Positions 38,835-48,458 of a stretch of DNA of 64,000 nt are shown one piece after another. This DNA comes from Anaerolineae bacterium (GTDB taxonomy: Bacteria; Chloroflexota; Anaerolineae; S140-20). A program made the position numbers and the translations under genes. The stretch lies in the NCBI GenBank assembly GCA_027021705.1, contig JALUTT010000152.1:1-64000 (forward strand), in the 5' to 3' direction. The notes beneath the pieces are model-generated. The model ran no database searches, was not told the DNA's origin, and worked only from the letters and a program-made list of their open reading frames with translations. Positions within the stretch are counted from its first letter, which is position 1; every line of letters begins with the position of its first letter.

Positions 38835-41441
38835 TCATCCGTGTTGATTGCGCACCCACGCCTCTTCCGGCTGTAGGGCCTCGTGGCCGGCCGGTCGGAT
38901 CTTGCGGTAGACCTGCTCTGGCGCGGCGACCTCCCCCTCCACCGTCAGCAGGCGTTGCAGCGGAATCCCGAAGAGCCGCTCGTTTTCCTCCAGGTAGGGC
39001 CGGATGAGGGCCCAGTCCTCGGCCTCCAGCGGGGCGAAGGCCCCCCCGTTAAGTTGGTCGTCGGTGATCCGGCGGTAGGGGTCCCGGATGTAGATGGCCC
39101 CTCCCGAGGCCAGCGAGAAGAGGTTCCCCCCGGGATAGGGGGTCTCCAGGTCCAGGAGGCGGCCATCCTCGTCGAAGGTGATGCCGTTCAGGATGACGAA
39201 GCCGCCCCCGTGGAGCGGGTCGCCGGCCATAAAGGACTCAGCCAGGTAGTCTAGGCAGGTGCCGTTGATGACGACGCGGGGCCGGCCCACAGCGTTGATC
39301 AGCGGCCGGCCGGCGGCGTTCCCCAGCACGTAGACCTCTCCGCCCTTGGCCGCATACATAAAGGTCTGTCCCACGTCCCCGTGCACAACCAGCTTTCCCC
39401 GCTTCATAATCTGGGCCAACTGGTCCTGAGCCGTCCCGTGCACGATGACCTCGGCCCCGTCAATGCCCGAGGCCAGGTAGTCGCCGGAGAAGCCGTAGAC
39501 GTCCACCCGCACGTCATCGGAGTTGGGCCCCAGCCCGTTGGCGATGAAGCGGTGGCCCCGCGTGTGGACGACGAGGAAGCGGCGGAACCCTCGCCGGTGC
39601 ATCGCCACGATCGTCCGGGCCAGGGACCCCTCCCCCTCCGGTGGGTAGCCCCGGGCATCTATCACCAGCACCTGATCGGGATGGAGGGGTTCCGGCTGGG
39701 GGCCGTCGCAGCCCATCCAGACGTAGCCCTCTGAAGGGGCGCGACGGATCGCCTCCACCACGCTGGCGAAGCTCTCATCCAGCAGCGAGAGCAGGCCGCT
39801 CCGCTTCATCGAGCCCGTCGGGTAGTGGCGGTCCATCAGCAGCGAGAGCAGGCGGATGGTCCAGGCCCGCCCCTCGTCGTCGGTGGCCCGGTGCTCCAAC
39901 GCCTCCAGGAAGCGGAGCAGGTCGGGGTAGTCCCAGGTGGGGATCCGCCGGCAGAGCCGGGTGAAGGCGTCCTCTGGGGAACCATCGAGGTCTGAGAGAG
40001 CTGAGGGGGCCACCGGAGCGCCGGCGATGGCCCCACCGCCGATGGGCCAGGGCGTGGGCGGACGCTTGGCGGGGTCCGGCGCGATGGCCCGTCCGAACTT
40101 GTCGGTGCAGCGGAGCGAGGCTGAAGCGCCGTTGGGCTGCACCGTGAAGATGAAGGCCCCGCCATCGGTGTGGCTGCCCCCCCGCGCGTTCCAGTAGAGG
40201 TCGGCCCGGGACCAGAAGCGGGGGTCCTCGGCCGACAGGCTCTCCAACGCCGCGTCAATGGCCTGCTTCTCCGAGGCGGCGAAACCGATGGCCTCGTGCC
40301 CCTGCTGGAGGGCGAAGACCTGGGGCCGGAGCATCGAGGTGTCGGTGATGCCGATGAGCCGGTAGGCTCGCTCGTTGGGGTCCGACTGCGCAATGAGGAA
40401 GAACCAGGGGCCGTCGGGGGAGCCGTGCATGTGGACGGTCTGGAGCATCCGGTAGACCCGCTGTTTCTCCGGCGGCAGCAGCGTGAAGTCCCGTTCCGTT
40501 GTGGGGGCCATCGCCTCGATGACGTACTCCAGCGGGTAGCCGTAGAGGCGGTGGTGGACGTCGAAGACGAGGACGGCGACCTCCGTGTCGGTCAGGAAGA
40601 GGGGGTAGACCCCACGCTGGGCCAGGTAGGCGGTGATGGAGGCGTAATTGGCGAAGTCCCCGTTGTGGACCAGCGCCTCGTGCATCCCGATGAAGGGGTG
40701 AGCGCCGCCGGGATGCCAGACCCGCCCCTTGGTGGGATAGCGGTGGTGGCCGATCCAGACGTGGGCCCGCAGGTCCTCCAGGCGGTAGTAGCGGATCACG
40801 TCGTCGCCGTAGCCGACCATCTTGAGCACCAGCAGGTTCTTGCCGTGGGAGAGGACGAAGGCCCGCTTCTCACCGGTGGAGGAGTAGAAGGTCCGGTTGA
40901 GCCGGTAGCTATTCTGGTAGACGATCTCGTCCTCGACGGTGGTCCGCTCCCGCTCGCTCAGCCCCTGCTGCTGGAGGAAGCGCTCCCGCACCTGGGGCCG
41001 CACCCGCCCGAAGTAGCAGACGACCTCCGGCGGCGGGACCTCCAGGCCGGGGATGGCTCGGAAGTCGGGCAGGGTAGGGATGGGGAAGATGTGGTCCACG
41101 GCGAAGACGGGCTCCACAAAGGACGATTCCACCTGACCGCGCACCGCAGGGTCCAGGTAGGCGATGGTCAGCAGGTAGTCCTGCTCCAGCACCTCCGGGG
41201 AGATGTCGAAGAAGCGGGGGTCCAGCCCCACGGCGGCGATGCCGCCCCCCTTGCCGTTGCCCCGGTTGCGCATCTGCCGGAGGGATTGCAGCAGGTGCCG
41301 GCCGGGGATGGGGACGCTGGCGGCGATGCCGATCACGCCACACCCGCCCTCGGCGTCCTCTTTGCGCAGTGGGGGAATCTCCGGCCCTGCCAGCGTCCGT
41401 CGTGACCTGATCAACGCCTCAACGATGCTTTGCCTGCTCAC
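38835..41441 (-). CDS. Glutamate synthase subunit: GATase-II domain + C-terminal GXGXG beta-helix
   Basis: GG|CGVIG N-terminal nucleophile Cys after a short leader; RGNGKG; H.RYPT; HNG; GDVGQTFMYAAKGG repeats. Confidence 0.8.
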   Translation of the reverse strand: MSRQSIVEALIRSRRTLAGPEIPPLRKEDAEGGCGVIGIAASVPIPGRHLLQSLRQMRNRGNGKGGGIAAVGLDPRFFDISPEVLEQDYLLTIAYLDPAVRGQVESSFVEPVFAVDHIFPIPTLPDFRAIPGLEVPPPEVVCYFGRVRPQVRERFLQQQGLSERERTTVEDEIVYQNSYRLNRTFYSSTGEKRAFVLSHGKNLLVLKMVGYGDDVIRYYRLEDLRAHVWIGHHRYPTKGRVWHPGGAHPFIGMHEALVHNGDFANYASITAYLAQRGVYPLFLTDTEVAVLVFDVHHRLYGYPLEYVIEAMAPTTERDFTLLPPEKQRVYRMLQTVHMHGSPDGPWFFLIAQSDPNERAYRLIGITDTSMLRPQVFALQQGHEAIGFAASEKQAIDAALESLSAEDPRFWSRADLYWNARGGSHTDGGAFIFTVQPNGASASLRCTDKFGRAIAPDPAKRPPTPWPIGGGAIAGAPVAPSALSDLDGSPEDAFTRLCRRIPTWDYPDLLRFLEALEHRATDDEGRAWTIRLLSLLMDRHYPTGSMKRSGLLSLLDESFASVVEAIRRAPSEGYVWMGCDGPQPEPLHPDQVLVIDARGYPPEGEGSLARTIVAMHRRGFRRFLVVHTRGHRFIANGLGPNSDDVRVDVYGFSGDYLASGIDGAEVIVHGTAQDQLAQIMKRGKLVVHGDVGQTFMYAAKGGEVYVLGNAAGRPLINAVGRPRVVINGTCLDYLAESFMAGDPLHGGGFVILNGITFDEDGRLLDLETPYPGGNLFSLASGGAIYIRDPYRRITDDQLNGGAFAPLEAEDWALIRPYLEENERLFGIPLQRLLTVEGEVAAPEQVYRKIRPAGHEALQPEEAWVRNQHG

Positions 41442-41493
41442 TGCCTCGCTCCTGTTCCGCTTGCATCACGCGACACGCAACGCGCGACACGCT

Positions 41494-42804
41494 TCACGCA
41501 TCCCTTTTCTCGTACCGCAACAGGTCCCGCCGGCCCCGCAGGTCGCGCACGCTGCGCAGCCCCAGCCGGCGCAGGATCCCCTGAAGCTGCTGTTGGAAGG
41601 ACCGGTAGAGGTTGCCGATCCGCTCGGCAGCCCAGTCGGGGTCCACCAACTGGGAGAGCTCCGGGTCCGTCGTCGTCAGCCCGAAGGGGCAGCCCCGCCC
41701 TCGCTCGCAGTTGCTACAGCGGGTGCACCCCAGGGCGATCAGCTCGGTGGTTCCCAGGATGCAGCCGTCGGCCCCCAGGGCGATGGCCTTGGCGACGTCG
41801 TAGGCGGTGCGGATGCCGCCGCTGGCCATCACGACCACCTCGTCCCGGATGCCTTCCTGCTCCAGGAAGCGGTGCACCTTGGGGATGGCCAACTCGATGG
41901 GCATGGCGATGTTCTTTTTGGCGATCTCCGGGGCCGCTCCCGTGCCGCCGTAGCTGCCGTCCAGGTGGATGATGTGGGCGCCGGCGTAGTAGCTCCCCAC
42001 GGCGACCATGTCCACGTCGGTGGGGGTGGAGACCTTGACGGAGACCAGGGCCTCCGGGTTCATCGTCTTCACCCAGTCAATGTGCTTCTTGTGGTCCTCC
42101 ACCGAGTAGACGCTGTGGAAGGGGAAGGGGGAGAAGAGGCTGACCCAGGGAACGCTCTCCCGCATCTTGGCCACGGCGACGGTTGCCTTGTCGCCCAACA
42201 GGTGGCCACCTAGGCCGGGCTTGGCCCCCTGGGCGTACTTGAACTCGACGATGGGGGCCCACTGGACCGTCTCCTCCCGCACGCCGAACATCCCGGTGGC
42301 GATCTGGGTGATGACGTGATCCCGGTAGGGGATCAGGGAGTCGGGATAGCCGCCCTCGCCCGTGCAGGTGAAGATCTGCCACTGCTGGGCGGCCTTGGCC
42401 CGGGCCACCATCACCTGCTCGCTGATGGAGCCGAAGGACATTCCGGCTCCGTACCAGGGCACCGGGATCTCGATCCGGCGGTCATAGGGCCGGCGGTTCA
42501 GGGGGATGGAGGTGTCCACCGGCTCCTCCTCCGGCAGCCACTGCTCCGGGGGCAGGAATTTGAAGTCGAGGCGGTCGAAGCCGCCGCCGGAGCGCCCGAC
42601 CCGGTACTCCAGCCCGTTGTCGGGAGGGCGGCCCGACTCGGCCTGCAGCCAGGTGGCCAGGATCAAGTCGGCCGTCCAGCGGGCATCGCCCAGGGCCGGC
42701 GGTCGGTCGAAGGCCAGCGTGGGCCAGAGGTGGAAGCCCCGTCGTAGCGCCTCCACGTGCTTCTCGATCACCAGTTCCTCAGCCGTCTTGCCGGTCAGGT
42801 CCAT
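41494..42804 (-). CDS. Glutamate synthase FMN-binding subunit (GltB2-like)
   Basis: GMSFGSIS, TGEGG, QGAKPGLGGHL, SGGIR, CTRCSNC..C.FG..T. Confidence 0.85.
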   Translation of the reverse strand: MDLTGKTAEELVIEKHVEALRRGFHLWPTLAFDRPPALGDARWTADLILATWLQAESGRPPDNGLEYRVGRSGGGFDRLDFKFLPPEQWLPEEEPVDTSIPLNRRPYDRRIEIPVPWYGAGMSFGSISEQVMVARAKAAQQWQIFTCTGEGGYPDSLIPYRDHVITQIATGMFGVREETVQWAPIVEFKYAQGAKPGLGGHLLGDKATVAVAKMRESVPWVSLFSPFPFHSVYSVEDHKKHIDWVKTMNPEALVSVKVSTPTDVDMVAVGSYYAGAHIIHLDGSYGGTGAAPEIAKKNIAMPIELAIPKVHRFLEQEGIRDEVVVMASGGIRTAYDVAKAIALGADGCILGTTELIALGCTRCSNCERGRGCPFGLTTTDPELSQLVDPDWAAERIGNLYRSFQQQLQGILRRLGLRSVRDLRGRRDLLRYEKRDA

Positions 42805-42805
42805 C

Positions 42806-44212
42806 TTACGCTCCATAGCCCTCAATCCCTGCAAAGGCTTCGCGCTCCAGGTCCTGCTGGAACATAGCGCGGCCCAGTTCACCGCGCAGCCGTCGCACCT
42901 CCCGCAGCCCCATCGCGCCCAGGATCTCCAGGAGTTGGTCGCGCCAGGAGGCGACCAGGTTCTTCAGCCGCTGCACCCCCCAGGTCCTCTCCAGCCGGGG
43001 GAAGGTGACGCGGGCCGTCTCCCGGTCTACGCATTCCCCCTCGAAGCGGGCCTGGAGGGCTACCCAGAGGGCAGTGTCCAAGGCGACGGCGTCCAGCCCG
43101 CTGATGATCGCCTTGGGGACGTGCTCCGCCATGACGATGCCGCCGCTGCCGATGAGCGTCACCTCCTCGCGCCGGCCCGCCTTCACCAGCCGCCAGTGGG
43201 TCTCCTGGATCAGGTCCATAGCGAAGCGACCATCCACCTGTCCGTGGTAGTTGGCCTCCAGGTGGAAGAGGCGGACGCCTCGCTCCACCAGCGGCATCAA
43301 GTCGCTGCCCAGGGGTAGACGGACGGCGATGAGGCTGTCGGGGAAGCGCCGGCGCAGGGCCTGGTAGCGGGTCTCGTCCCATCCCTGCAGCATCAGCATC
43401 GGCGGCGGGTCGGAGAGCCTTTCCAACCTGTCCAACAGGGAATCGTCCCCTGGGCTGATCCAGGGGACGATGGAGGGGCCGCTCAGGGAGAGGCGGAGGG
43501 CCAAGTCCAGAGGGACGATGGCCAGCGTCTCGACTTGGCAGGCGGCTTCGGCGAGGATGGGGAGCAGTTGGGCCGCCGGAGCCGAGGCGGGTGGGGCGTC
43601 GAAGAGGAAGGGGACCTGAGTGGAGATGACGCGGGGCAGCGGGCCGGTCGGCTCCCCGCCGTTGTGGAACTCCAGGAAGGGGGGCTTCTCGCCCAGGTCC
43701 ACCGCCGTGGAGATGTACTCCCGGCCGTGGATGCCGTCCCGCGTCGGGCGGACGATCTCCGACATATCGGTCCACATCCCGTCCCAGCCAGCGCCGCCGA
43801 AGGGACCCCGGTAGCCGGCGCCGCGCACGGGCACCCGCCCGGTGCGGGCCTCGTAGAGGATGGTGTCCACGTACTCGGGCTTGATGTAGGCGTCGCCCAG
43901 CCGCGCTTGGTCAGGGTGGGGGAGGATCTGGACCACCTCGGGGTGCTCGACGGTGCAGCGGAGGCAGCCTACGCAGAGTTCCTCGCGGGGGGCAAGCCCG
44001 CCCACGGGCCGGGAGTAGACGCCGTAGACGCAGGGTCGGCTCAGGGCCACGCGGAGGTTGCCCCGGTGAGCGAGGACCTCTTTGAGCGCCATCGCCAGGA
44101 GGCGGTGCTTCTTCACCCTTACCCGGAAGCGGGGCGGGTGGGGGACCAGGTCCGGCGTCAGCCGGGTCTCGATGTGGTAGCGGTGGTAGGCAGGCATCAC
44201 AGTCGCAGTCAT
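42806..44212 (-). CDS. Glutamate synthase-related protein (ferredoxin motif + divergent FMN barrel)
   Basis: CVYGV..CVGCLRC; DMSEIVRPTRDGIHGREYIST; SGGI; EILGAMG..EVRRLRGE. Confidence 0.75.
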   Translation of the reverse strand: MTATVMPAYHRYHIETRLTPDLVPHPPRFRVRVKKHRLLAMALKEVLAHRGNLRVALSRPCVYGVYSRPVGGLAPREELCVGCLRCTVEHPEVVQILPHPDQARLGDAYIKPEYVDTILYEARTGRVPVRGAGYRGPFGGAGWDGMWTDMSEIVRPTRDGIHGREYISTAVDLGEKPPFLEFHNGGEPTGPLPRVISTQVPFLFDAPPASAPAAQLLPILAEAACQVETLAIVPLDLALRLSLSGPSIVPWISPGDDSLLDRLERLSDPPPMLMLQGWDETRYQALRRRFPDSLIAVRLPLGSDLMPLVERGVRLFHLEANYHGQVDGRFAMDLIQETHWRLVKAGRREEVTLIGSGGIVMAEHVPKAIISGLDAVALDTALWVALQARFEGECVDRETARVTFPRLERTWGVQRLKNLVASWRDQLLEILGAMGLREVRRLRGELGRAMFQQDLEREAFAGIEGYGA

Positions 44213-44365
44213 TGGCCTCTTCCTGTTCCCGGATGTTCCCCAAAGCAGCGGGCCAGGCCTCTACGCCTGGCCCTCCGGTGGCACGGAAGTAGGGGCAGCG
44301 GTGCAAGGGTTGGTTGATGGGGGAAATATAGACCTTTTTGCGCGGTTTGTCAAGCCTCTTGCGCC

Positions 44366-44428
44366 CGGTGATTACCCATATCTTGGAGATAGGGTGAGAA
44401 ATTCGTGGACGGCCTGCTACGGACCACT
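44366..44428 (-). mobile_element. Internally deleted, inverted copy C of the 155-bp element
   Basis: CGGTGATTACCCATATCTTGGAGATAGGG joined to TGAGAAATTCGTGGACGGCCTGCTACGGACCAC. Confidence 0.7.
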
Positions 44429-44510
44429 TTTCGCACTTTTTTCGATCCTACCCGTATGGTTTTGGCCGTTTCTGCGTTATAAAGGGTGAGAGAGAGGGGC
44501 AGGGAAGCCA

Positions 44511-45050
44511 ATGACGAACGAAGCCGCTTTGCTGGAACGAGCCAAAGCTTACGATCCCGAGGCCCTGGCGGAACTCTACGACCGCTACGCGCCCAGGATC
44601 TACGCCTACATCTACCGGCGTCTGGGCGACGCTGCCCTGGCCGAGGACTTGACGGGCGAACTCTTCCTGCGGGTGTTGCGGGCCATTCGGAACGAGCAGA
44701 CCTGGCGCGGCTCCTTCGTCGCTTGGCTTTACCGCATCGCTCACAACCTGGTGGTGGATCACCTTCGTCGGCAGCCGGCCCTGCCCCCTCTCTCCCTGAG
44801 CGACGCCTTGGTGGCTCCCGAAGGTGATCCCGCCACCGCCGTTGAAGCGATCCTGACCCAGGAGCGGCTTCGGACGGCCCTCAGCCTCCTCACGCCGGAG
44901 CAGCAGGAAGTCTTGGCCTTGCGCTTTGGCGAGGGGCTGACAGCCCGGGAGACCGCCCAGGTAATGCAGAAGACCACCGGGGCCGTCGAGGCCCTTCAGC
45001 GTCGCGCCCTGGCCTCGCTGCGACGCATCCTGGTGGGAGAGGAACGATGA
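44511..45050 (+). CDS. ECF sigma-70 family RNA polymerase sigma factor
   Basis: AEDLTGELF; AWLYRIAHN; LTPEQQEVLALRF..G; regions 2 and 4 only. Confidence 0.92.
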   Translation: MTNEAALLERAKAYDPEALAELYDRYAPRIYAYIYRRLGDAALAEDLTGELFLRVLRAIRNEQTWRGSFVAWLYRIAHNLVVDHLRRQPALPPLSLSDALVAPEGDPATAVEAILTQERLRTALSLLTPEQQEVLALRFGEGLTARETAQVMQKTTGAVEALQRRALASLRRILVGEER

Positions 45051-46450
45051 CCTCAACGAACAACAGCCTGGAACGGGAACTGAAGCAGTTCTACGCACAG
45101 GTGCCCCCGCCGCCGGGAGGACTGGCCGCAGGCCGGGAGCGGCTCCTGGCAGAAGCAGCCCGCCTGAGGGCCCAGACTTCTGCCCTTTCTCTCCCCACTG
45201 CTCACACGACCGAGACACAACGACCCCGAGGGAGGTATAGGATGAAACTCTTTCTGGCTTACAAGCTCATCGCCGCTGTGGTGGCGATCGTTATGGGAGT
45301 CACCGTGGTCGGCGGCGGAATCGCCTTCGCAGCCGCCGACAGCCTGCCGGGGGAACCCCTCTACCCGGTGAAACTGGCGGTAGAGGATCTCCGCCTGGCC
45401 CTGACAACCGATCCGGCAGAACGGGCGGAGCTGATGATGGCCTTCGTCGCCGAGCGGGCTCAGGAGATGCAGCAACTGGTAGCTCAGGGACGGCCGGTGC
45501 CGGACGAAGTGGTTGTCCGGATGGCCAATCAGGCCGAAGAGGCGATGGCCCAGATCGCCAAAGCCCGGCCGGAGCAGGTCACTGCCCTGCTGGAGCAGAT
45601 GGTCGAGCGAACGCGCACTCAGCAGCAGGTGCTGGAGCAGGTGCAGGCTATCGCTCCGGAAGAGGCCCAGCCGGCGCTGGACCATGCCCTGGAGGTGACG
45701 GAGCGGGCCTATCAGACCGCTACAACTGCCCTGACCGACCCTCAGCGCTTCCGGGAGACCCACCGTTACCGTGACGAGGGGACGCCGGGTCCTCGCGGGG
45801 ATGAATCCCCTCTGCCGACCCCAGGGCTGCCCTGTGAAGAGTGTACACCGGAGCCGACGCGGGAGCGGGAGCACGAGGGAGGGCCTATGCCGATTACCTC
45901 TACGGTGACGCCGGGTTATCCCTGCGAGGAGTGCACGCCGGAGCCGACGCGGGAGCGGGAGCACGAGAGGGAGCCTATGCCGATCACCTCTACGGTGACG
46001 CCGGGTTATCCCTGCGAGGAGTGCACGCCGGAGCCGACGCGGGAGCGGGAGCACGAAGGAGGGCCTATGCCGATCACCTCTACGGTGACGCCGGGCTATC
46101 CCTGCGAGGAGTGCACGCCGGAGCCCACCCACGTGCCGAGCTATCCGTGCGAGGAGTGCACGCCGGAACCTACCCATACGCCGTATCCCACGCCTTATCC
46201 TACGGCTGAGCCGGAGCCTACCCATACACCCGATCATCCGTGTGAAGACTGCATGCCGGAGCCTACCAATACGCCCTATCCGACGGCTACCCCCATGCCT
46301 ACGTCTACGCCGTATCCTACGGCCACATCGGCGCCCGCTCACACGCCAGAACCGCCGTGTGAGGACTGCACACCGGAGCCCACCGACACACCCGAACCTG
46401 AGCACACACCACAGCCAACGCATCCTCCGGGGCGCGATGATGGCCACTGA
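45047..46450 (+). CDS. Putative anti-sigma factor (DUF5667-like) with Cys/Pro/Thr-rich repeat tail
   Basis: Translationally coupled to the sigma; TM; SLPGEPLYPVKLAVE; seven CxxC motifs. Confidence 0.7.
   Translation: MTSTNNSLERELKQFYAQVPPPPGGLAAGRERLLAEAARLRAQTSALSLPTAHTTETQRPRGRYRMKLFLAYKLIAAVVAIVMGVTVVGGGIAFAAADSLPGEPLYPVKLAVEDLRLALTTDPAERAELMMAFVAERAQEMQQLVAQGRPVPDEVVVRMANQAEEAMAQIAKARPEQVTALLEQMVERTRTQQQVLEQVQAIAPEEAQPALDHALEVTERAYQTATTALTDPQRFRETHRYRDEGTPGPRGDESPLPTPGLPCEECTPEPTREREHEGGPMPITSTVTPGYPCEECTPEPTREREHEREPMPITSTVTPGYPCEECTPEPTREREHEGGPMPITSTVTPGYPCEECTPEPTHVPSYPCEECTPEPTHTPYPTPYPTAEPEPTHTPDHPCEDCMPEPTNTPYPTATPMPTSTPYPTATSAPAHTPEPPCEDCTPEPTDTPEPEHTPQPTHPPGRDDGH
45830..46130 (+). 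repeat. 90-bp tandem repeat (about 3.3 copies)
   Basis: Units in register at 45841, 45931, 46021, 46111; encodes PCEECTPEPTREREHEGGPMPITSTVTPGY. Confidence 0.9.
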
Positions 46451-46482
46451 GCTCCCATCCAGGTGTCCGGCGGCAGTTTTCC

Positions 46483-46518
46483 AGGCCCTCCTCCCCCTCC
46501 GGGGTAGGGGGGCCTTTT
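46483..46518 (+). terminator. Intrinsic terminator after the anti-sigma gene
   Basis: AGGCCCTCCT.CCCC...GGGGTAGGGGGGCCT stem followed by TTT. Confidence 0.55.
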
Positions 46519-46577
46519 CCGTTGTGGTATACCGTTGTGGTATAATCGTCGCTGGGAAAATCGTAAGGAGGTGGGTC

Positions 46578-47039
46578 GTGCGGTTGTGTGTTGTGGGAAT
46601 CGGCAACCGATGGGCCTCTGATGACGGCGTTGGGCCGGAGGTGGTGCACCGGCTTCAGGCCGAGGTCCCGCCGGGCTGCCCCGTCACCTTCGCCACGCTC
46701 CCCCAGGCCGATCCGGCGCTGCTGGAGCTGATGGAGCGGTGCGACCGGTTGATCCTGGTGGATGCAGTGGTCAGCGGCGCGCCGCCGGGGACGGTGCATC
46801 GGGAGAGGTGGCGCCCCGGCCTCCTGGAGGAGCGGGGGGTAGAGCGGGCTTCCTCCCACGGCCTGGGCCTGCGAGAGGTGCTGGAACTGGCGGCCACGCT
46901 GGGGCGGCTGCCGGTCCAGGTGGAGCTGTGGGGGGTTGAGATCGTCTCTACGGCACCGGGGGAAGGGCTCTCGCCGGCCGTTGCCGCAGCCCTGCCCGCC
47001 ATCGTTGCCCAACTCCGCCAGGAATTGGAAGAGGCGTGA
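46578..47039 (+). CDS. Hydrogenase maturation protease
   Basis: VVGIGNRWASDDGVG, ILVDAV, SSHG; RBS AAGGAGG. Confidence 0.88.
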   Translation: MRLCVVGIGNRWASDDGVGPEVVHRLQAEVPPGCPVTFATLPQADPALLELMERCDRLILVDAVVSGAPPGTVHRERWRPGLLEERGVERASSHGLGLREVLELAATLGRLPVQVELWGVEIVSTAPGEGLSPAVAAALPAIVAQLRQELEEA

Positions 47040-47045
47040 TCGGGG

Positions 47046-48317
47046 TCATCCACCCCCAACCTGGAATTCCGGTGCCCACCGGCGGGGTGTGTCGTCCACG
47101 CCCTGCAGGATCGCGAAGGCGAGGAGGATCAGGACCAGCAGGGTGGCGACGGCGGCGGGCCGGCCCCACCCCATCGTGTCCACGATGAAACCCCACAGGA
47201 AGGGGCCGACGATGCTGGCGAAACGGCCCACCATGCTGTAGAGGCCGTAGAACTCCCCCACGTAGCGGGGAGGCGACAGGCGCAGCATGTAGGGGCGGTC
47301 GGCCGCCCACGTCCCACCCAGGGCAACCCCCGACGTGCAGGCGATGATCCAGAAGAGGAGCTGGGGCAGGTCCAGGAGGGAGACCAGCACCGCCCCGCCC
47401 AGCACCCCCATCCACATCCCCAGGACCAGGTTGAGGGAGCGTTTGGGGCCGATGCGGTCCACGACGACGCCCCAGACGAAGCCCCCCACCACGGCGAAGA
47501 CGATGGCTGCCAGGATCATCACCTGGACCTGCTCCTCGGTGAAGTTGACCTCGTTGGTGGCGTAGATGCCCATGAAGACGATGAGGGTGTTGACGGGGTC
47601 GGTGTAGAAGATGCGTCCGATGAGGAAGCGCAGGAGGCCGGGGAACTGACGGGCGTGTTGCACCGTGCGCATCACCTGGGAGAGGGCTCCGGTGATGACC
47701 TGGGTGGTGATGGGGCGGGCTTCGCGGGGCCGCTCGCGCACGAAGAGGAAGCAGGGCAGGGCGAAGACGAGGAAGAGCAGAGCGCTGAGGCGGAAGAGCC
47801 CGACGTAGCCGATGCGGTCCAGCAAGAGCAGACCGCTGCCCACGCCGATGAAGCTCCCCATGTAGCCCAGGCCGATCCCCAGCCCACCGATCCGCCCCCG
47901 GTTCTCCTCGGTGCTGACCTCGGGGAGCAGGGCGTCGTAGAAGATCAGCCCGGCCTGGAACATGTAGTTGGCGACGACGAAGAAGAGCAGCGACAGGAGC
48001 AGGCCACCGGTGCCCAGCAGGGCGGTGAAGCCGATGCAGAGCAGGCTGGAGGCGATCAGGAAGGGCATGCGCCGCCCCGCCTGGTCCGACAACGCCCCCA
48101 GGATGGGCGCCGACAGGAACATCAGCAGCATCGAGAGGGCGTTGGCGTTGCCGTAATCGGCATCCGTCCCCCCCATCACGTTAACGACCCAGAGGGAGAA
48201 GTAGAGGGAGACGATGTTCATCGAGAAGATGGTGTTGGCCAGGTCGTAGAGCGCCCAGGAGAGGACGCTCAGGCGGGTGGGACGGTGGGGCGGGGCGGCG
48301 CGAACGGTTGGAGCCAT
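47046..48317 (-). CDS. MFS transporter (UMF1/ATG22-like)
   Basis: SWALYDLANT, FYDALLP, G.GLGY.G, EFYGLY. Confidence 0.85.
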   Translation of the reverse strand: MAPTVRAAPPHRPTRLSVLSWALYDLANTIFSMNIVSLYFSLWVVNVMGGTDADYGNANALSMLLMFLSAPILGALSDQAGRRMPFLIASSLLCIGFTALLGTGGLLLSLLFFVVANYMFQAGLIFYDALLPEVSTEENRGRIGGLGIGLGYMGSFIGVGSGLLLLDRIGYVGLFRLSALLFLVFALPCFLFVRERPREARPITTQVITGALSQVMRTVQHARQFPGLLRFLIGRIFYTDPVNTLIVFMGIYATNEVNFTEEQVQVMILAAIVFAVVGGFVWGVVVDRIGPKRSLNLVLGMWMGVLGGAVLVSLLDLPQLLFWIIACTSGVALGGTWAADRPYMLRLSPPRYVGEFYGLYSMVGRFASIVGPFLWGFIVDTMGWGRPAAVATLLVLILLAFAILQGVDDTPRRWAPEFQVGGG

Positions 48318-48458
48318 AGGACCTCCTGGGGAGACGGCGGGTCACGGGCCGGTGTGGAAGCCGTCTGGGGCCGGCATGGGAACCGGCCCCATGGATGGTT
48401 GGTATGAGGCCCGGCCAGGCCGGTACGGACACCGACCTGGCCGGTGTGGGAACCAGCC

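Noticed and set aside
45830..46130. Possible CRISPR array
   Set aside because: Contiguous in-frame 90-bp coding repeats with no unique spacers; no cas genes
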